Made by a program: the position numbers and the translations under genes. This document shows, one piece after another, positions 1 to 9,005 of a DNA stretch of 64,000 nucleotides. The notes under the pieces are model-generated. The model did no database searches, was not told where the DNA came from, and saw only the letters and a list, made by a program, of their open reading frames with translations. The stretch lies in sequence record PQ066597.1, one strand, 5' to 3'. The stretch's first letter is position 1. Each line of letters begins with the position of its first letter.

Positions 1-1830
1 AGAACCCTTGAACGTCTTGGAGTGAAATTCTACCGTATCATAACTCCAAACGGTTTCTTTCCCGTTTCGACTAATGAATTCCGGGGTACGGCATACCAAC
101 AAACGACCTTGATCAATAAAGTGTTTCCAGTACTTATGGAACAACGAGATTATCAGGTTACTGATATGTCCTCGTCCATCAGGATCCGCATCCACCAAGA
201 TAGCAACATAATCATAATTTGCCTTGGTGTTACGTCGAACCCCTTTTTGACCACGATATTTTAACATATCAGGCTGTAGAGTTTGTTCCCAATCCTTACC
301 GGTTACAATACCACGAGTTTCAACCCATTTACCATTTACCAACATTTCATCATTTTCTGCAACAATGAAACCATCTTTATTTACAAAGAAATCTCCTGAT
401 GGTAGCTCTTTTGTATCATCTAGAGTCATACCAAGAATTGAAATAATATTGGCAATCTCTTTGTTGGCAATTACCTTTACCTTTTCGCATTTATGAACAG
501 ATAGAAGTTTACCCTTCAACGGGAATCCACCTTGAGTGTCGTGGTCGCGAGTTATACCCAGTGGGCCACTTGCAGAATCACCCTCGGTCAAGAACAGAGT
601 GGTTTCAAACCCTTTCTTTCCATATTTGTTCGCTTGGATATGTTTTGGTACGTTGGCAGTTAAAGCCTTCTTTTGTGCTTTTGTCGCTAGTGCCTTTTCC
701 ACCGCATCCCGTTTTGCAATTGCACTCTCTACAATTGGCATGATAACAGAATCGTTGGATATCATCTTTTTGGCTATGGACTTGATATCGATCCCGCAGT
801 GATCCTTGATCTGACCGTTGGAATTACTCAACCGTTCTTTAGTTTGTCCGTCAAATTTGGCACCCTCAAAGCCACGAAGAGAAAGGAACAGCAAAGTGTT
901 TTCCTTGATACGGGCTTTGTTAATCTCGACCTTAAACTTACGCTTGATCATGGGGGTCAATTCATCACATAGACTGTTTATCAGATATTCAACGTGGTTA
1001 CCACCCTGCTTAGTGTGAACCCCGTTAACATAACTCAGTTGACGGAATTCATCTGATGTACCGATAAAGAACGAACAATTCTCATTTTCAAAGATAACAG
1101 GATCCCCAAAGTCACTAGCAAATTTCTTGAACTTGGAATCTACTTTTTTCTTATTGAATGTGAATTTTACTTGTGGGAACAAAACAGAAAGGATTTCTAC
1201 CCGAGAACGGATAACATCAACTACATCAGGGGGCATACCGCCAAAGATGTTAAATTTATCAAGAAGATCTGGAATAAACTCAACAGTTGTACCCTGAGTA
1301 CCACCTTTTTTCTTGGTATAGGATTGGTGTTCTGCATTTTGTGTACAATAGATTGTGACCGTATTTTTCCCATCACAAGTTGTCGCACGGAACATTGTAG
1401 AGTATAGGTTGGTCAATACCGAACCAACACCATTTTTACCGATACCCTTACGATCAGCCGAGAAGTTACCACCGGAACGGGCTCGGGTGTAACAAGCTTG
1501 TGGATATGGGATGGTTTCGCCTTCCGGGGTCTTTACGTCATATTGTGGGATACCACGACCATTATCAGAAATGGATACCTGATTTGTCTGATCATCAACA
1601 ATAATATCAATTTTATTAGCAAATTTGAAATCAGTACGAATAGCTTCATCAACTGAGTTGTCGATAATTTCATCGATAATTTTAACCAAACCCGGAATGT
1701 ATTGCTTTTCTACAAAATTCCCATCAACCAACACTAAATGGGTTTCTTCCGAAAGCGACCCAACATACATATCACTATTGAGGAAAATATGTTCGTAATC
1801 ACTTAGGATTTTACCTTCTTGTTCTTTCAT
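1..1830 (-). CDS. 39: DNA topoisomerase II large subunit (gp39+gp60 in one ORF), 3' end runs off the window
   Basis: Not in the ORF track; translated by hand from ATG at 1830 (SD GAGG upstream). Open to base 1: EIIDNSVDE, DNGRGIP, GKNGVGS (GHKL ATPase), then TEGDSA, PLKGK and DADPDG (TOPRIM). Confidence 0.96.
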   Translation of the reverse strand, partial: MKEQEGKILSDYEHIFLNSDMYVGSLSEETHLVLVDGNFVEKQYIPGLVKIIDEIIDNSVDEAIRTDFKFANKIDIIVDDQTNQVSISDNGRGIPQYDVKTPEGETIPYPQACYTRARSGGNFSADRKGIGKNGVGSVLTNLYSTMFRATTCDGKNTVTIYCTQNAEHQSYTKKKGGTQGTTVEFIPDLLDKFNIFGGMPPDVVDVIRSRVEILSVLFPQVKFTFNKKKVDSKFKKFASDFGDPVIFENENCSFFIGTSDEFRQLSYVNGVHTKQGGNHVEYLINSLCDELTPMIKRKFKVEINKARIKENTLLFLSLRGFEGAKFDGQTKERLSNSNGQIKDHCGIDIKSIAKKMISNDSVIMPIVESAIAKRDAVEKALATKAQKKALTANVPKHIQANKYGKKGFETTLFLTEGDSASGPLGITRDHDTQGGFPLKGKLLSVHKCEKVKVIANKEIANIISILGMTLDDTKELPSGDFFVNKDGFIVAENDEMLVNGKWVETRGIVTGKDWEQTLQPDMLKYRGQKGVRRNTKANYDYVAILVDADPDGRGHISNLIISLFHKYWKHFIDQGRLLVCRTPEFISRNGKETVWSYDTVEFHSKTFKGS

Positions 1831-1842
1831 TTATACCTCAAT

Positions 1843-1866
1843 GATAAAAGGGGACGAATCCCCTTA
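1843..1866 (-). terminator. UUCG hairpin upstream of the gene 39 SD
   Basis: Minus strand AAGGGGA-TTCG-TCCCCTT followed by TT. Confidence 0.55.
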
Positions 1867-2172
1867 TAAACCTTTTTCTATAGAATATAACGTATCTTTA
1901 CTGGTTGTGAATTTTATTTTCGTAGCCATGTAATGAATACGGTTTGAACCGATCTTAAGATAGTGTCGATGCCGCTCCATTGATGGGTGAACAAGGTCCG
2001 GAACTACAGAAACCATATCATTAACGGAAGTTAGATCTATGAATCGCTCAAACGTAATATATTCTTCTTGAGAAGGGTTTAAGAAACCCCCCGGTTTAAT
2101 TCTGGTTTGATAATCAACATTGACATCAACCCATGGATTGTTGAATGGGTTTAGATCACTCGCTCCCATCAT
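1864..2172 (-). CDS. hypothetical protein
   Basis: 102-aa ORF tightly packed and co-directional with its neighbours; no motif recognised. Confidence 0.7.
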   Translation of the reverse strand: MMGASDLNPFNNPWVDVNVDYQTRIKPGGFLNPSQEEYITFERFIDLTSVNDMVSVVPDLVHPSMERHRHYLKIGSNRIHYMATKIKFTTSKDTLYSIEKGL

Positions 2173-2347
2173 CCACCTCGATAAACCGAACGGTTACGTT
2201 ATCGGTGCAATCCATCTGCGCAACCAGCTCACCATCCAGATAATACGCTTGAGTATACCCTTCCGGGTCGTATGATGAGCGCATTACAACACCCTCTTGG
2301 TTAACGATGGATTCAAATTCTTCGATAGACAGATATTTAATAGCCAT
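2156..2347 (-). CDS. hypothetical acidic protein
   Basis: 63-aa ORF with SD GAGG, packed in the operon. Confidence 0.7.
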   Translation of the reverse strand: MAIKYLSIEEFESIVNQEGVVMRSSYDPEGYTQAYYLDGELVAQMDCTDNVTVRFIEVDDGSE

Positions 2348-2352
2348 TTCAA

Positions 2353-3006
2353 TTACCTCATTGAGTTAGGGTCTACGTCAGTCGGAATATCTTCCAGACC
2401 ATACGCATATCGTTTTGAATAGATTAACATAAGAATGTCACGAGCGCAATCATGAAGTGAGTTATGTTTTACGAAACCCGGAAGACTCCCGTTAGGAAGG
2501 GGGCAATACGTAACATCGCGATCCATGTTTGCTTCAATTGCGGTTCGTACTTCACGGAAGTTGTTGAACATCACAGGCATAGCAGCAGAAATATCGTCGT
2601 CTGCTAGATCCATAGCATCACAATACCAGCTACGGAACCAAATGATATCCATTTCCCCACGAGTCCAGATATGGGACTTCTTAAACTCGACCCCGGTTTC
2701 CACAAACCAATCTTTGATGTCCATATATCCATCATATAGGGTCCTATCGTCGCTGGATGGCTTCAAGAGAGATTTTGCTTCATCTCCCTGAGATTTCCAC
2801 CATTCCACGGTGGAAGCACTTACACGACGCCCTAGGGCCTTCTGATGTTTCAGATCGAATTTAATTTTCTTTCCGGATTCAACCAGACTTTGAAATGTAG
2901 GTGGATTTTCAATATCCATTTTGAATGGTATCACAGAAAATTCAACTAAGGTAGCTTTTTCTACCGTATTCAAAGTCTCAAAGTCAGTAATATAATCGGT
3001 AACCAT
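2353..3006 (-). CDS. dexA: DexA 3'-5' exonuclease (DEDD)
   Basis: DFETL Exo I motif and HNSLHDCARDIL Exo III motif; T4-like position. Confidence 0.9.
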   Translation of the reverse strand: MVTDYITDFETLNTVEKATLVEFSVIPFKMDIENPPTFQSLVESGKKIKFDLKHQKALGRRVSASTVEWWKSQGDEAKSLLKPSSDDRTLYDGYMDIKDWFVETGVEFKKSHIWTRGEMDIIWFRSWYCDAMDLADDDISAAMPVMFNNFREVRTAIEANMDRDVTYCPLPNGSLPGFVKHNSLHDCARDILMLIYSKRYAYGLEDIPTDVDPNSMR

Positions 3007-3497
3007 TATTTTGTCCCCGAAGAACCAATCCCAGCAGACCCACGAACAGTTTGTGTATCGAAATCATCAACTTGGTTAAACTTGATCTGGTTGAATACAG
3101 GGATAAACACCATCTGACAGAAACGCTCACCCTTCGGAATATGCAAAACCTTGTTGAAGCTCATCGGGTCGTCTTCGTTAACAATATGTTCATTCCGGAC
3201 CTTCACCATGATCTCACCCTGATAGTTTCCATCGATAAGACCAACAGTGTTAGCCAACCGGGTATAGAATTTGAATCCAAGACCAGAACGAGGGAGAACC
3301 ATTGCAGCAATACCAACACCCGGAATACCAGTATCGATCTGACTCATATCAAACCGCATACCAGTGTTAACGATGATATCTTCGCCCGGTTTCAACATAA
3401 TAGCTTCTGGTGTGCGAAGGTCAATAGCTGCATCACCTTCTCGTTGAAAATCAGGACAAACACCATATTCAAAACCACTAATAAAATTCATGTTCAT
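3006..3497 (-). CDS. dut: trimeric dUTPase
   Basis: AAIDL, LPRSG, GLIDGNYQGEI, GERFCQ and RGSAGIGSSG cover motifs I-V. Confidence 0.95.
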   Translation of the reverse strand: MNMNFISGFEYGVCPDFQREGDAAIDLRTPEAIMLKPGEDIIVNTGMRFDMSQIDTGIPGVGIAAMVLPRSGLGFKFYTRLANTVGLIDGNYQGEIMVKVRNEHIVNEDDPMSFNKVLHIPKGERFCQMVFIPVFNQIKFNQVDDFDTQTVRGSAGIGSSGTK

Positions 3498-3498
3498 A

Positions 3499-3741
3499 TT
3501 ATTTTTCCTTTACATATATATCACAAATATTTTCGTAACCGTATGCTGAATATAATGGGCTATGAGAAACATACTCATAACCGTCTAAAAGGGGGCTATG
3601 CTCCGTTTCTTTTATATATCTTATATTCCTCAGACGAACCAATGGTAAATCGTCAGTCAATAAAGCTTCCCGTATGCCACATTTACCAATCTTGGTATTA
3701 TAAACCATAAACCATTTCGTATCCAAAGGATAGTTTAACAT
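3499..3741 (-). CDS. hypothetical protein
   Basis: 80-aa ORF, stop abuts the dUTPase start. Confidence 0.65.
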   Translation of the reverse strand: MLNYPLDTKWFMVYNTKIGKCGIREALLTDDLPLVRLRNIRYIKETEHSPLLDGYEYVSHSPLYSAYGYENICDIYVKEK

Positions 3742-3751
3742 TTCATACGCC

Positions 3752-4123
3752 TTATTTCAATTTTTCAGACAAAAAGGCTGCGAGCTGCTTCCGACTCTCA
3801 CCATATTCAAGTTCATAGTGACTATCCGCTTCATCGTACATCCCATGGTGGTTATCACCATAAGGGGATTTTACAGGATAGCTATCATCACCGGAAAAAT
3901 GATCCCACTCAGCCCAATACAAGGCAAATACCTCGCTCATACAAACAAATTCTGTGTGGTTCTGTTTTTCGAACATATCATCATAGTCTGTACAATAATG
4001 CCAATCTTGGTTACAGAGACCAATTTCAAAGCACCACCATTCAGGAAAAATCCCAACTGATACGTTGTAAAGAACCTCAGAAATGGTCATTTTATAATCT
4101 TGTTCATTTTCAGTATGCATCAC
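3752..4123 (-). CDS. hypothetical protein
   Basis: 123-aa ORF overlapping the primase stop (ATGA-type junction). Confidence 0.7.
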   Translation of the reverse strand: MMHTENEQDYKMTISEVLYNVSVGIFPEWWCFEIGLCNQDWHYCTDYDDMFEKQNHTEFVCMSEVFALYWAEWDHFSGDDSYPVKSPYGDNHHGMYDEADSHYELEYGESRKQLAAFLSEKLK

Positions 4124-5175
4124 GAAATCCTCTTATGTCCAAATTTGCGCCACTTGCTAAGTGCAAGTTCAGCTCTCAAACCACTATATGTGTGGTCTTT
4201 CAGGTATTGTACCACTTCATCAATGGTAGCACCATCATTTTTTATGAAATCGTTGATATCCTTGGAAGACCACGGACATTCATCCCAGATGACAACCTTT
4301 TCACCGGCTTTGATCAGATTTTCGATCCGTTTTAGTGTGTCGAAGGACCGACCCTCTTTATCAAGTACCCATACCCGTTTATCTGGGAACGGTGCATCTT
4401 CGAGAGCCATAACACCACCGACGATAGCACATGCGTTGGGGATGAACACGCTGTCGATTGGTCCTTCCAACATCCAAACTGTTTTTGATGGATCAACACG
4501 TTCCATACCATATACTTTCGACGCTTTGTCATCAGCCTTGATAGTCAAATATCGTCTACTTTTATCAACGTTTGGATCTAATGCTCTACCCTGCAAAGAT
4601 GAGTATGTTCCATCTTTGTTATAGATCGGGATAACCAATCGATATTCTTTCTTATCGTCATACAGATAGGTTTCTGGCTTAACACTATTAGCAACCTTCT
4701 TCCAATCCGCAGTAAAGAAGAACAGTTTGTATTGATGTTTTGGGATTTTACGAGCAGCAACCCATTTCACTGCTGGGTGATTTTCTGGGAGATCCGCTAT
4801 ACAAGTTGAATATGGTATCACACTTTTTGTGATTAGTTCAACTGGTTTCTCAACTGTTTTTTTAGTTTCGAACCATTCGCTGTCGTCTTTGTTTGCAAAT
4901 TTTTCCTTTGCAAATTCTCTGTACATTTCTGGTTCATTATCATACAGATAGTTGGTTAGCTTCATATTAACGTTACAGTTAAAGCAACCGTACCGAACAT
5001 GACCCTCTGATTCGTATATCCACCCACGGGTTTTGCTGTAGTCAGTTTTACTATCACCACATATAGGACAACGGAAATTATACTTTACCTCAACACCACG
5101 GGAATGATCTGTGCACAATTCCATCCGGTAACTAAGTCTAGTTGCAAACTGTCGTTCGATATAAATTATGTTCAT
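4120..5175 (-). CDS. 61: DNA primase gp61
   Basis: NFRCPICGDS...GCFNC zinc finger, EGPIDS and SKDIND TOPRIM motifs; start moved to the ATG with SD GAGGA. Confidence 0.96.
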   Translation of the reverse strand: MNIIYIERQFATRLSYRMELCTDHSRGVEVKYNFRCPICGDSKTDYSKTRGWIYESEGHVRYGCFNCNVNMKLTNYLYDNEPEMYREFAKEKFANKDDSEWFETKKTVEKPVELITKSVIPYSTCIADLPENHPAVKWVAARKIPKHQYKLFFFTADWKKVANSVKPETYLYDDKKEYRLVIPIYNKDGTYSSLQGRALDPNVDKSRRYLTIKADDKASKVYGMERVDPSKTVWMLEGPIDSVFIPNACAIVGGVMALEDAPFPDKRVWVLDKEGRSFDTLKRIENLIKAGEKVVIWDECPWSSKDINDFIKNDGATIDEVVQYLKDHTYSGLRAELALSKWRKFGHKRIS

Positions 5176-5232
5176 ATAAAAATCCTCTTTCAACCTATGA
5201 TATCACACTCACCAGAAACAATAAAGCCCCAA

Positions 5233-5682
5233 TTACGGGGCTTTTACTTCAATTTTACGACGCTCTTTTTTCTTCCCCATGACAGACGGACCTTTATCTG
5301 TAACAGAACCAGATTTTACCCCAGTTGCGATGTTTATCACATTACCCCCGGAATCACCAGCGATCATCTCTTCATACAACATTTCAATCGTGTATTCTGA
5401 TTGACCATATGATTCTGTTAAAGTGTCATATCCAGCCTTCACCGCCAACGATTTAGATACCGACTCGCCTCCATACTTTTGAAGGTTTATTTTCAGTGAT
5501 CTAATTGCTGCGTGAAATGATGTATACGCCGCTTTTTCTCTCACGGTTTCCGGCTTCTTAATAAACTCACCGGCTTCGTCGATAATACCGCGCTTGTATG
5601 CTTCCCAATTACGAAATGGTTTTCTTAATAGGTCTAGCATACGGACGGAATAAATCCCGTCCATAATAGTTTTAATACTCAC
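5233..5682 (-). CDS. 61.1: gp61.1-like conserved protein
   Basis: AYKRGIIDEAG...AYTSFHAAIRSLK resembles T4 61.1; syntenic. Confidence 0.75.
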   Translation of the reverse strand: MSIKTIMDGIYSVRMLDLLRKPFRNWEAYKRGIIDEAGEFIKKPETVREKAAYTSFHAAIRSLKINLQKYGGESVSKSLAVKAGYDTLTESYGQSEYTIEMLYEEMIAGDSGGNVINIATGVKSGSVTDKGPSVMGKKKERRKIEVKAP

Positions 5683-5709
5683 GTTAAATCCTCCTTGGTA
5701 TCCTTTTAT

Positions 5710-7272
5710 TTAGTTATCCCAAGGTGCATCGTCTTCTTGTGTTTGTTCTGCCAGAAGGTCATTAAAATCAACTTCGGTTTTGCTCATACGGCGTTTGAAC
5801 ATAGAACTACCCATCGGAGTAGTATCAATTTCATCAACAACTTCCGGAGTAACTTCAACCGGAACAGAAGTAATTCCATCACCACGACGAACAATAACTG
5901 CATCGTCTTGAATATCAGAACGTTCTTCCAGATCCTTTCTTTCGAATACAACAGTATATGGTGTTGTGTCGTCGAGATCCGACCAACGCATTTTAGCTTT
6001 TTCTACAACCATACAGAATTTATTATGGGTGTTGATATCACCATAACGAGATTTAAGTTGCTTGAACAACTGTTGTCCCATCTGCACCAGATCTTCATCT
6101 TCTGAAATTGCCAATACGAAGTCGCAACCATGAAGAAGTGCATAAGAATCCGCAATATCAGCTTTGTCAATCTCAAGGGAACCAGAAGACCCACGGTTGG
6201 TTTGTGCACCAGACCAAGCAACAATTTTCTTCTCGATAGCAAGTCCACGAACTTCTTCTGAAATTGCCTTGATGAAAGAGTAAGAGTTATCAGAGAACTT
6301 CATACGGGACGAAGCCATGATACCTAGGTAGTCTACCATGATAACATCTGGCTTGAAACCCTTTTTCATTTCAAGCTCATCCATCAGGTTTCTGATGTGG
6401 TTTACGTTTGCCCCTGATGTTGGGAACTGCTTAACATAAAGCTTACCAAGCTTTTTACCTGCAACCTTTTTGTTGAACCGGTTCATGAACTCAGATTTTT
6501 GGATAAGTCCACTATCTAGCTCGTCCAGAGTCAGGTCCATTAGGTTTGCGTCAATACGCTTACCTACAGTTTCTTCCGACATCTCAAACGAGACGTACAA
6601 CACGTTTAACCCGAGTTGCATATACTCGGTTGCAAGGTGACACAGACCGATAGACTTACCAACACCAGTACCGGCTAGAATAACGTTAAGCGTACCACGT
6701 TCAACCCCACCCTTGGTGATCCGGTTCAGCATATGATTCAGGAACGGGATCTTATTTGTCTTTTGGTTATATGCTTCCCAACGTTCTTCTGCGCTGTTCA
6801 TATAATCATGACCAACGTCAAAAGTAAAGCCAACAGACATAGCCTTTTTCATGATCTCTTGCATTGCCCCGATATCTTTTATTTTCGGGTCTTGCTCATC
6901 CAGTGGTTTTGCGAAGTTTTCGCGGATCTGGATACACTCAGATAATGCGATATCGATAGCACGTTCTTTACAGAAAGATTCTGTCTCTTCAATCAACCAA
7001 TTTTTATCTTCTGGGATTTGTTCAATTCGAGATACCAAAACTTTAGTCTGGTCATACTCTACTTGACTCATATTCTGTTTGCGTTCCAGCATAACATCCA
7101 GAGCCGCAACCGATGGAGCTTTGTTATGCTTTTTTGCATAGGTATCAATCAAGTCAAATGCAATACGGTAAGGTCCCTTAGAGAAATATTCAGATTTAAG
7201 AAAAGGGTACACCTTACCAAAATACTCGCCGTTGAAAACGAGGTTATTGATAATAATTTGTGAAATACTCAT
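5710..7272 (-). CDS. 41: replicative DnaB-family helicase gp41 with long acidic C-terminal tail
   Basis: GTGVGKS Walker A, IMVDYLG, QTNR, QLKSRYGD; start at ATG 7272 (SD AGGTG). Confidence 0.97.
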   Translation of the reverse strand: MSISQIIINNLVFNGEYFGKVYPFLKSEYFSKGPYRIAFDLIDTYAKKHNKAPSVAALDVMLERKQNMSQVEYDQTKVLVSRIEQIPEDKNWLIEETESFCKERAIDIALSECIQIRENFAKPLDEQDPKIKDIGAMQEIMKKAMSVGFTFDVGHDYMNSAEERWEAYNQKTNKIPFLNHMLNRITKGGVERGTLNVILAGTGVGKSIGLCHLATEYMQLGLNVLYVSFEMSEETVGKRIDANLMDLTLDELDSGLIQKSEFMNRFNKKVAGKKLGKLYVKQFPTSGANVNHIRNLMDELEMKKGFKPDVIMVDYLGIMASSRMKFSDNSYSFIKAISEEVRGLAIEKKIVAWSGAQTNRGSSGSLEIDKADIADSYALLHGCDFVLAISEDEDLVQMGQQLFKQLKSRYGDINTHNKFCMVVEKAKMRWSDLDDTTPYTVVFERKDLEERSDIQDDAVIVRRGDGITSVPVEVTPEVVDEIDTTPMGSSMFKRRMSKTEVDFNDLLAEQTQEDDAPWDN

Positions 7273-7291
7273 TAAAAACACCTGTAAAAAG

Positions 7292-7337
7292 AAAAGTCGC
7301 TTACGTTAAAGATTATCCCATAACGTAAGCGACTTTT
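7292..7337 (-). terminator. 17-bp perfect stem-loop, terminator-like, directly upstream of gene 41
   Basis: AAAAGTCGCTTACGTTA (7292-7308) / TAACGTAAGCGACTTTT (7321-7337), 12-nt loop, T-rich tail on the minus strand. Confidence 0.75.
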
Positions 7338-7344
7338 TAATTAT

Positions 7345-7860
7345 TTATACAACCTTTTTCTGTGAGGAAAAATGAAGAATACCGGTATCATTCAGCACAA
7401 ACGGTACATCGTCCTCGGTGATGATATGCATCCAGAACCTAGCCTTATATTTGTATTGACGAACCCGTTTTACCCGGTTCACAACACCACCATCAGGAGT
7501 ACAATATTGAGCTGCATATAGCGCCTGATAGGGGCTCTTGCGGTCATATAGACTCAGAACTTGATGGTTCTCTGCACACAACCAAGATTTCCCATTAGAC
7601 ATATGGATTTCCCATACGTTGGGGTTGACCGGTTCTGTGAACTCCGTATCGACCATACGTAAGATCGTTGCGTATTTACCGGTTTCCGGTCCCTTTAGAA
7701 GGATCCGGTTACCCTGTTGGATCTCTAGAAGTTGATATAGAGTCCATGTTTGTTCCCTCATGTCCCCATAAATGTCGGGGGCACAAAAGGTAACAAGGGT
7801 ATCCTCTGGAAATCCAGTTACATCATAACAATCATTACGGTCGCAGGTTTGTTCTGTCAT
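7345..7860 (-). CDS. free-standing Hint-domain (intein-like) protein lacking canonical splicing residues
   Basis: GFPEDTLV (block A-like), VWEIHMSNGKSWLCAENHQVL (block B-like), FWMHIITEDDVPFVLNDTGILHF (block F/G-like); ATG 2 nt after the gene 40 stop. Confidence 0.7.
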   Translation of the reverse strand: MTEQTCDRNDCYDVTGFPEDTLVTFCAPDIYGDMREQTWTLYQLLEIQQGNRILLKGPETGKYATILRMVDTEFTEPVNPNVWEIHMSNGKSWLCAENHQVLSLYDRKSPYQALYAAQYCTPDGGVVNRVKRVRQYKYKARFWMHIITEDDVPFVLNDTGILHFSSQKKVV

Positions 7861-7861
7861 T

Positions 7862-8152
7862 TTATTTCCTTTTGAAAAGATCAAGAAAACGCCCAAAGAA
7901 AGATTTTTCAATCTCAACATTGGTTTGGTTATACATAGCTTGTACTGCATTTTTAACATGTGGATATAGTTCTTCCTTCATGTCTTCGTGTGGAGTACTC
8001 CAATCTAATACAACCTTCCCATCATGATACTGTATATCGTTGATAAACACAAGAAAATTCTCACTATCAATCCGGATAACCAATTCAGTTTGTACATTCT
8101 TTAATGCGTCATTGATTACATCTTTATAGGTATCTTCGTTTATTTCTTCCAT
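7862..8152 (-). CDS. 40: head vertex assembly chaperone gp40
   Basis: NVQTELVI...DGKVVLDW...ELYPHV matches T4 gp40; lies between uvsX and 41. Confidence 0.85.
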   Translation of the reverse strand: MEEINEDTYKDVINDALKNVQTELVIRIDSENFLVFINDIQYHDGKVVLDWSTPHEDMKEELYPHVKNAVQAMYNQTNVEIEKSFFGRFLDLFKRK

Positions 8153-8193
8153 ATATTACCTGTAAGAAATAGACCTAGTTTCCTAGGTCATTG

Positions 8194-8628
8194 TTATTTA
8201 GGGATGATACTAACCTTGGCATTACATGCGGCTGCAACAGGATAAACTATTTCATCAAAATACTTTTTGTTTTGGAAACCATCTAATGCCAAAAGATGAC
8301 TATAAGCGAACCCTTTTAGTCCTAATGGGTCTCTTACTAAGACGAAATACGATTTGTTTTCAAGTTTTATGTATTTTGAATTTGAGGCCAAAACGAATTC
8401 GTCACCGAAAATATTACCCAATTCTTTTAATTGATATTTTATTTCATCAAATATAGTTCCGTTCATTGGTTCCATAGTAACTATGGTCTTTCCGCCATGA
8501 CTATTAAAATACCCGTCATGAACAGCAACCGAAACTGGGGTATCCTGAACTCCGATATGAGTCAAATAAAAACCATAGTCGTTACGAAGATTAACAAACA
8601 ATTCTACTATTTCTTTTGTTAAATTCAT
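8194..8628 (-). CDS. hypothetical protein
   Basis: 144-aa ORF in the operon. Confidence 0.7.
   Translation of the reverse strand: MNLTKEIVELFVNLRNDYGFYLTHIGVQDTPVSVAVHDGYFNSHGGKTIVTMEPMNGTIFDEIKYQLKELGNIFGDEFVLASNSKYIKLENKSYFVLVRDPLGLKGFAYSHLLALDGFQNKKYFDEIVYPVAAACNAKVSIIPK
8195..8201 (-). promoter_or_regulatory. late promoter CTAAATA upstream of gene 40
   Basis: Motif on the coding strand about 43 nt before the start. Confidence 0.6.
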
Positions 8629-8631
8629 TCA

Positions 8632-8964
8632 TTAATTCCCATACGAACTAATTGTATAATTTCCCTCGAAATTTTCAATAACATTATATCCTAAAGACAT
8701 CAATCGATTATTAGATATCTCGACTATTTTTGAATATACATATGATACAGTGTGGTTACATAGGTAAGGATTAAAATTCGCTTCGTGGTTGTGGATGATA
8801 TTTACGTAATCATCCATGTTCAGTGTTATTCCACCACCACAAACAACAAGCTCATTGATTATAGACCGCAAAACATGACTAGACTCAACGTCGAAATCGT
8901 GGTTTGTATATTTTATTTCTTTTCTAACTTCGTCGGCGGTAGTTTTTTCTGTTACAATTAACAT
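8632..8964 (-). CDS. hypothetical protein
   Basis: 110-aa ORF in the operon. Confidence 0.7.
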   Translation of the reverse strand: MLIVTEKTTADEVRKEIKYTNHDFDVESSHVLRSIINELVVCGGGITLNMDDYVNIIHNHEANFNPYLCNHTVSYVYSKIVEISNNRLMSLGYNVIENFEGNYTISSYGN

Positions 8965-8980
8965 TTATATATCCTTTTTA

Positions 8981-9000
8981 AAGTGGGGCTTTCGCCCCAA
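8981..9000 (-). terminator. terminator after uvsX
   Basis: Minus strand TGGGGC-GAAA-GCCCCA then CTTT. Confidence 0.6.
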
Positions 9001-9005
9001 TAATA

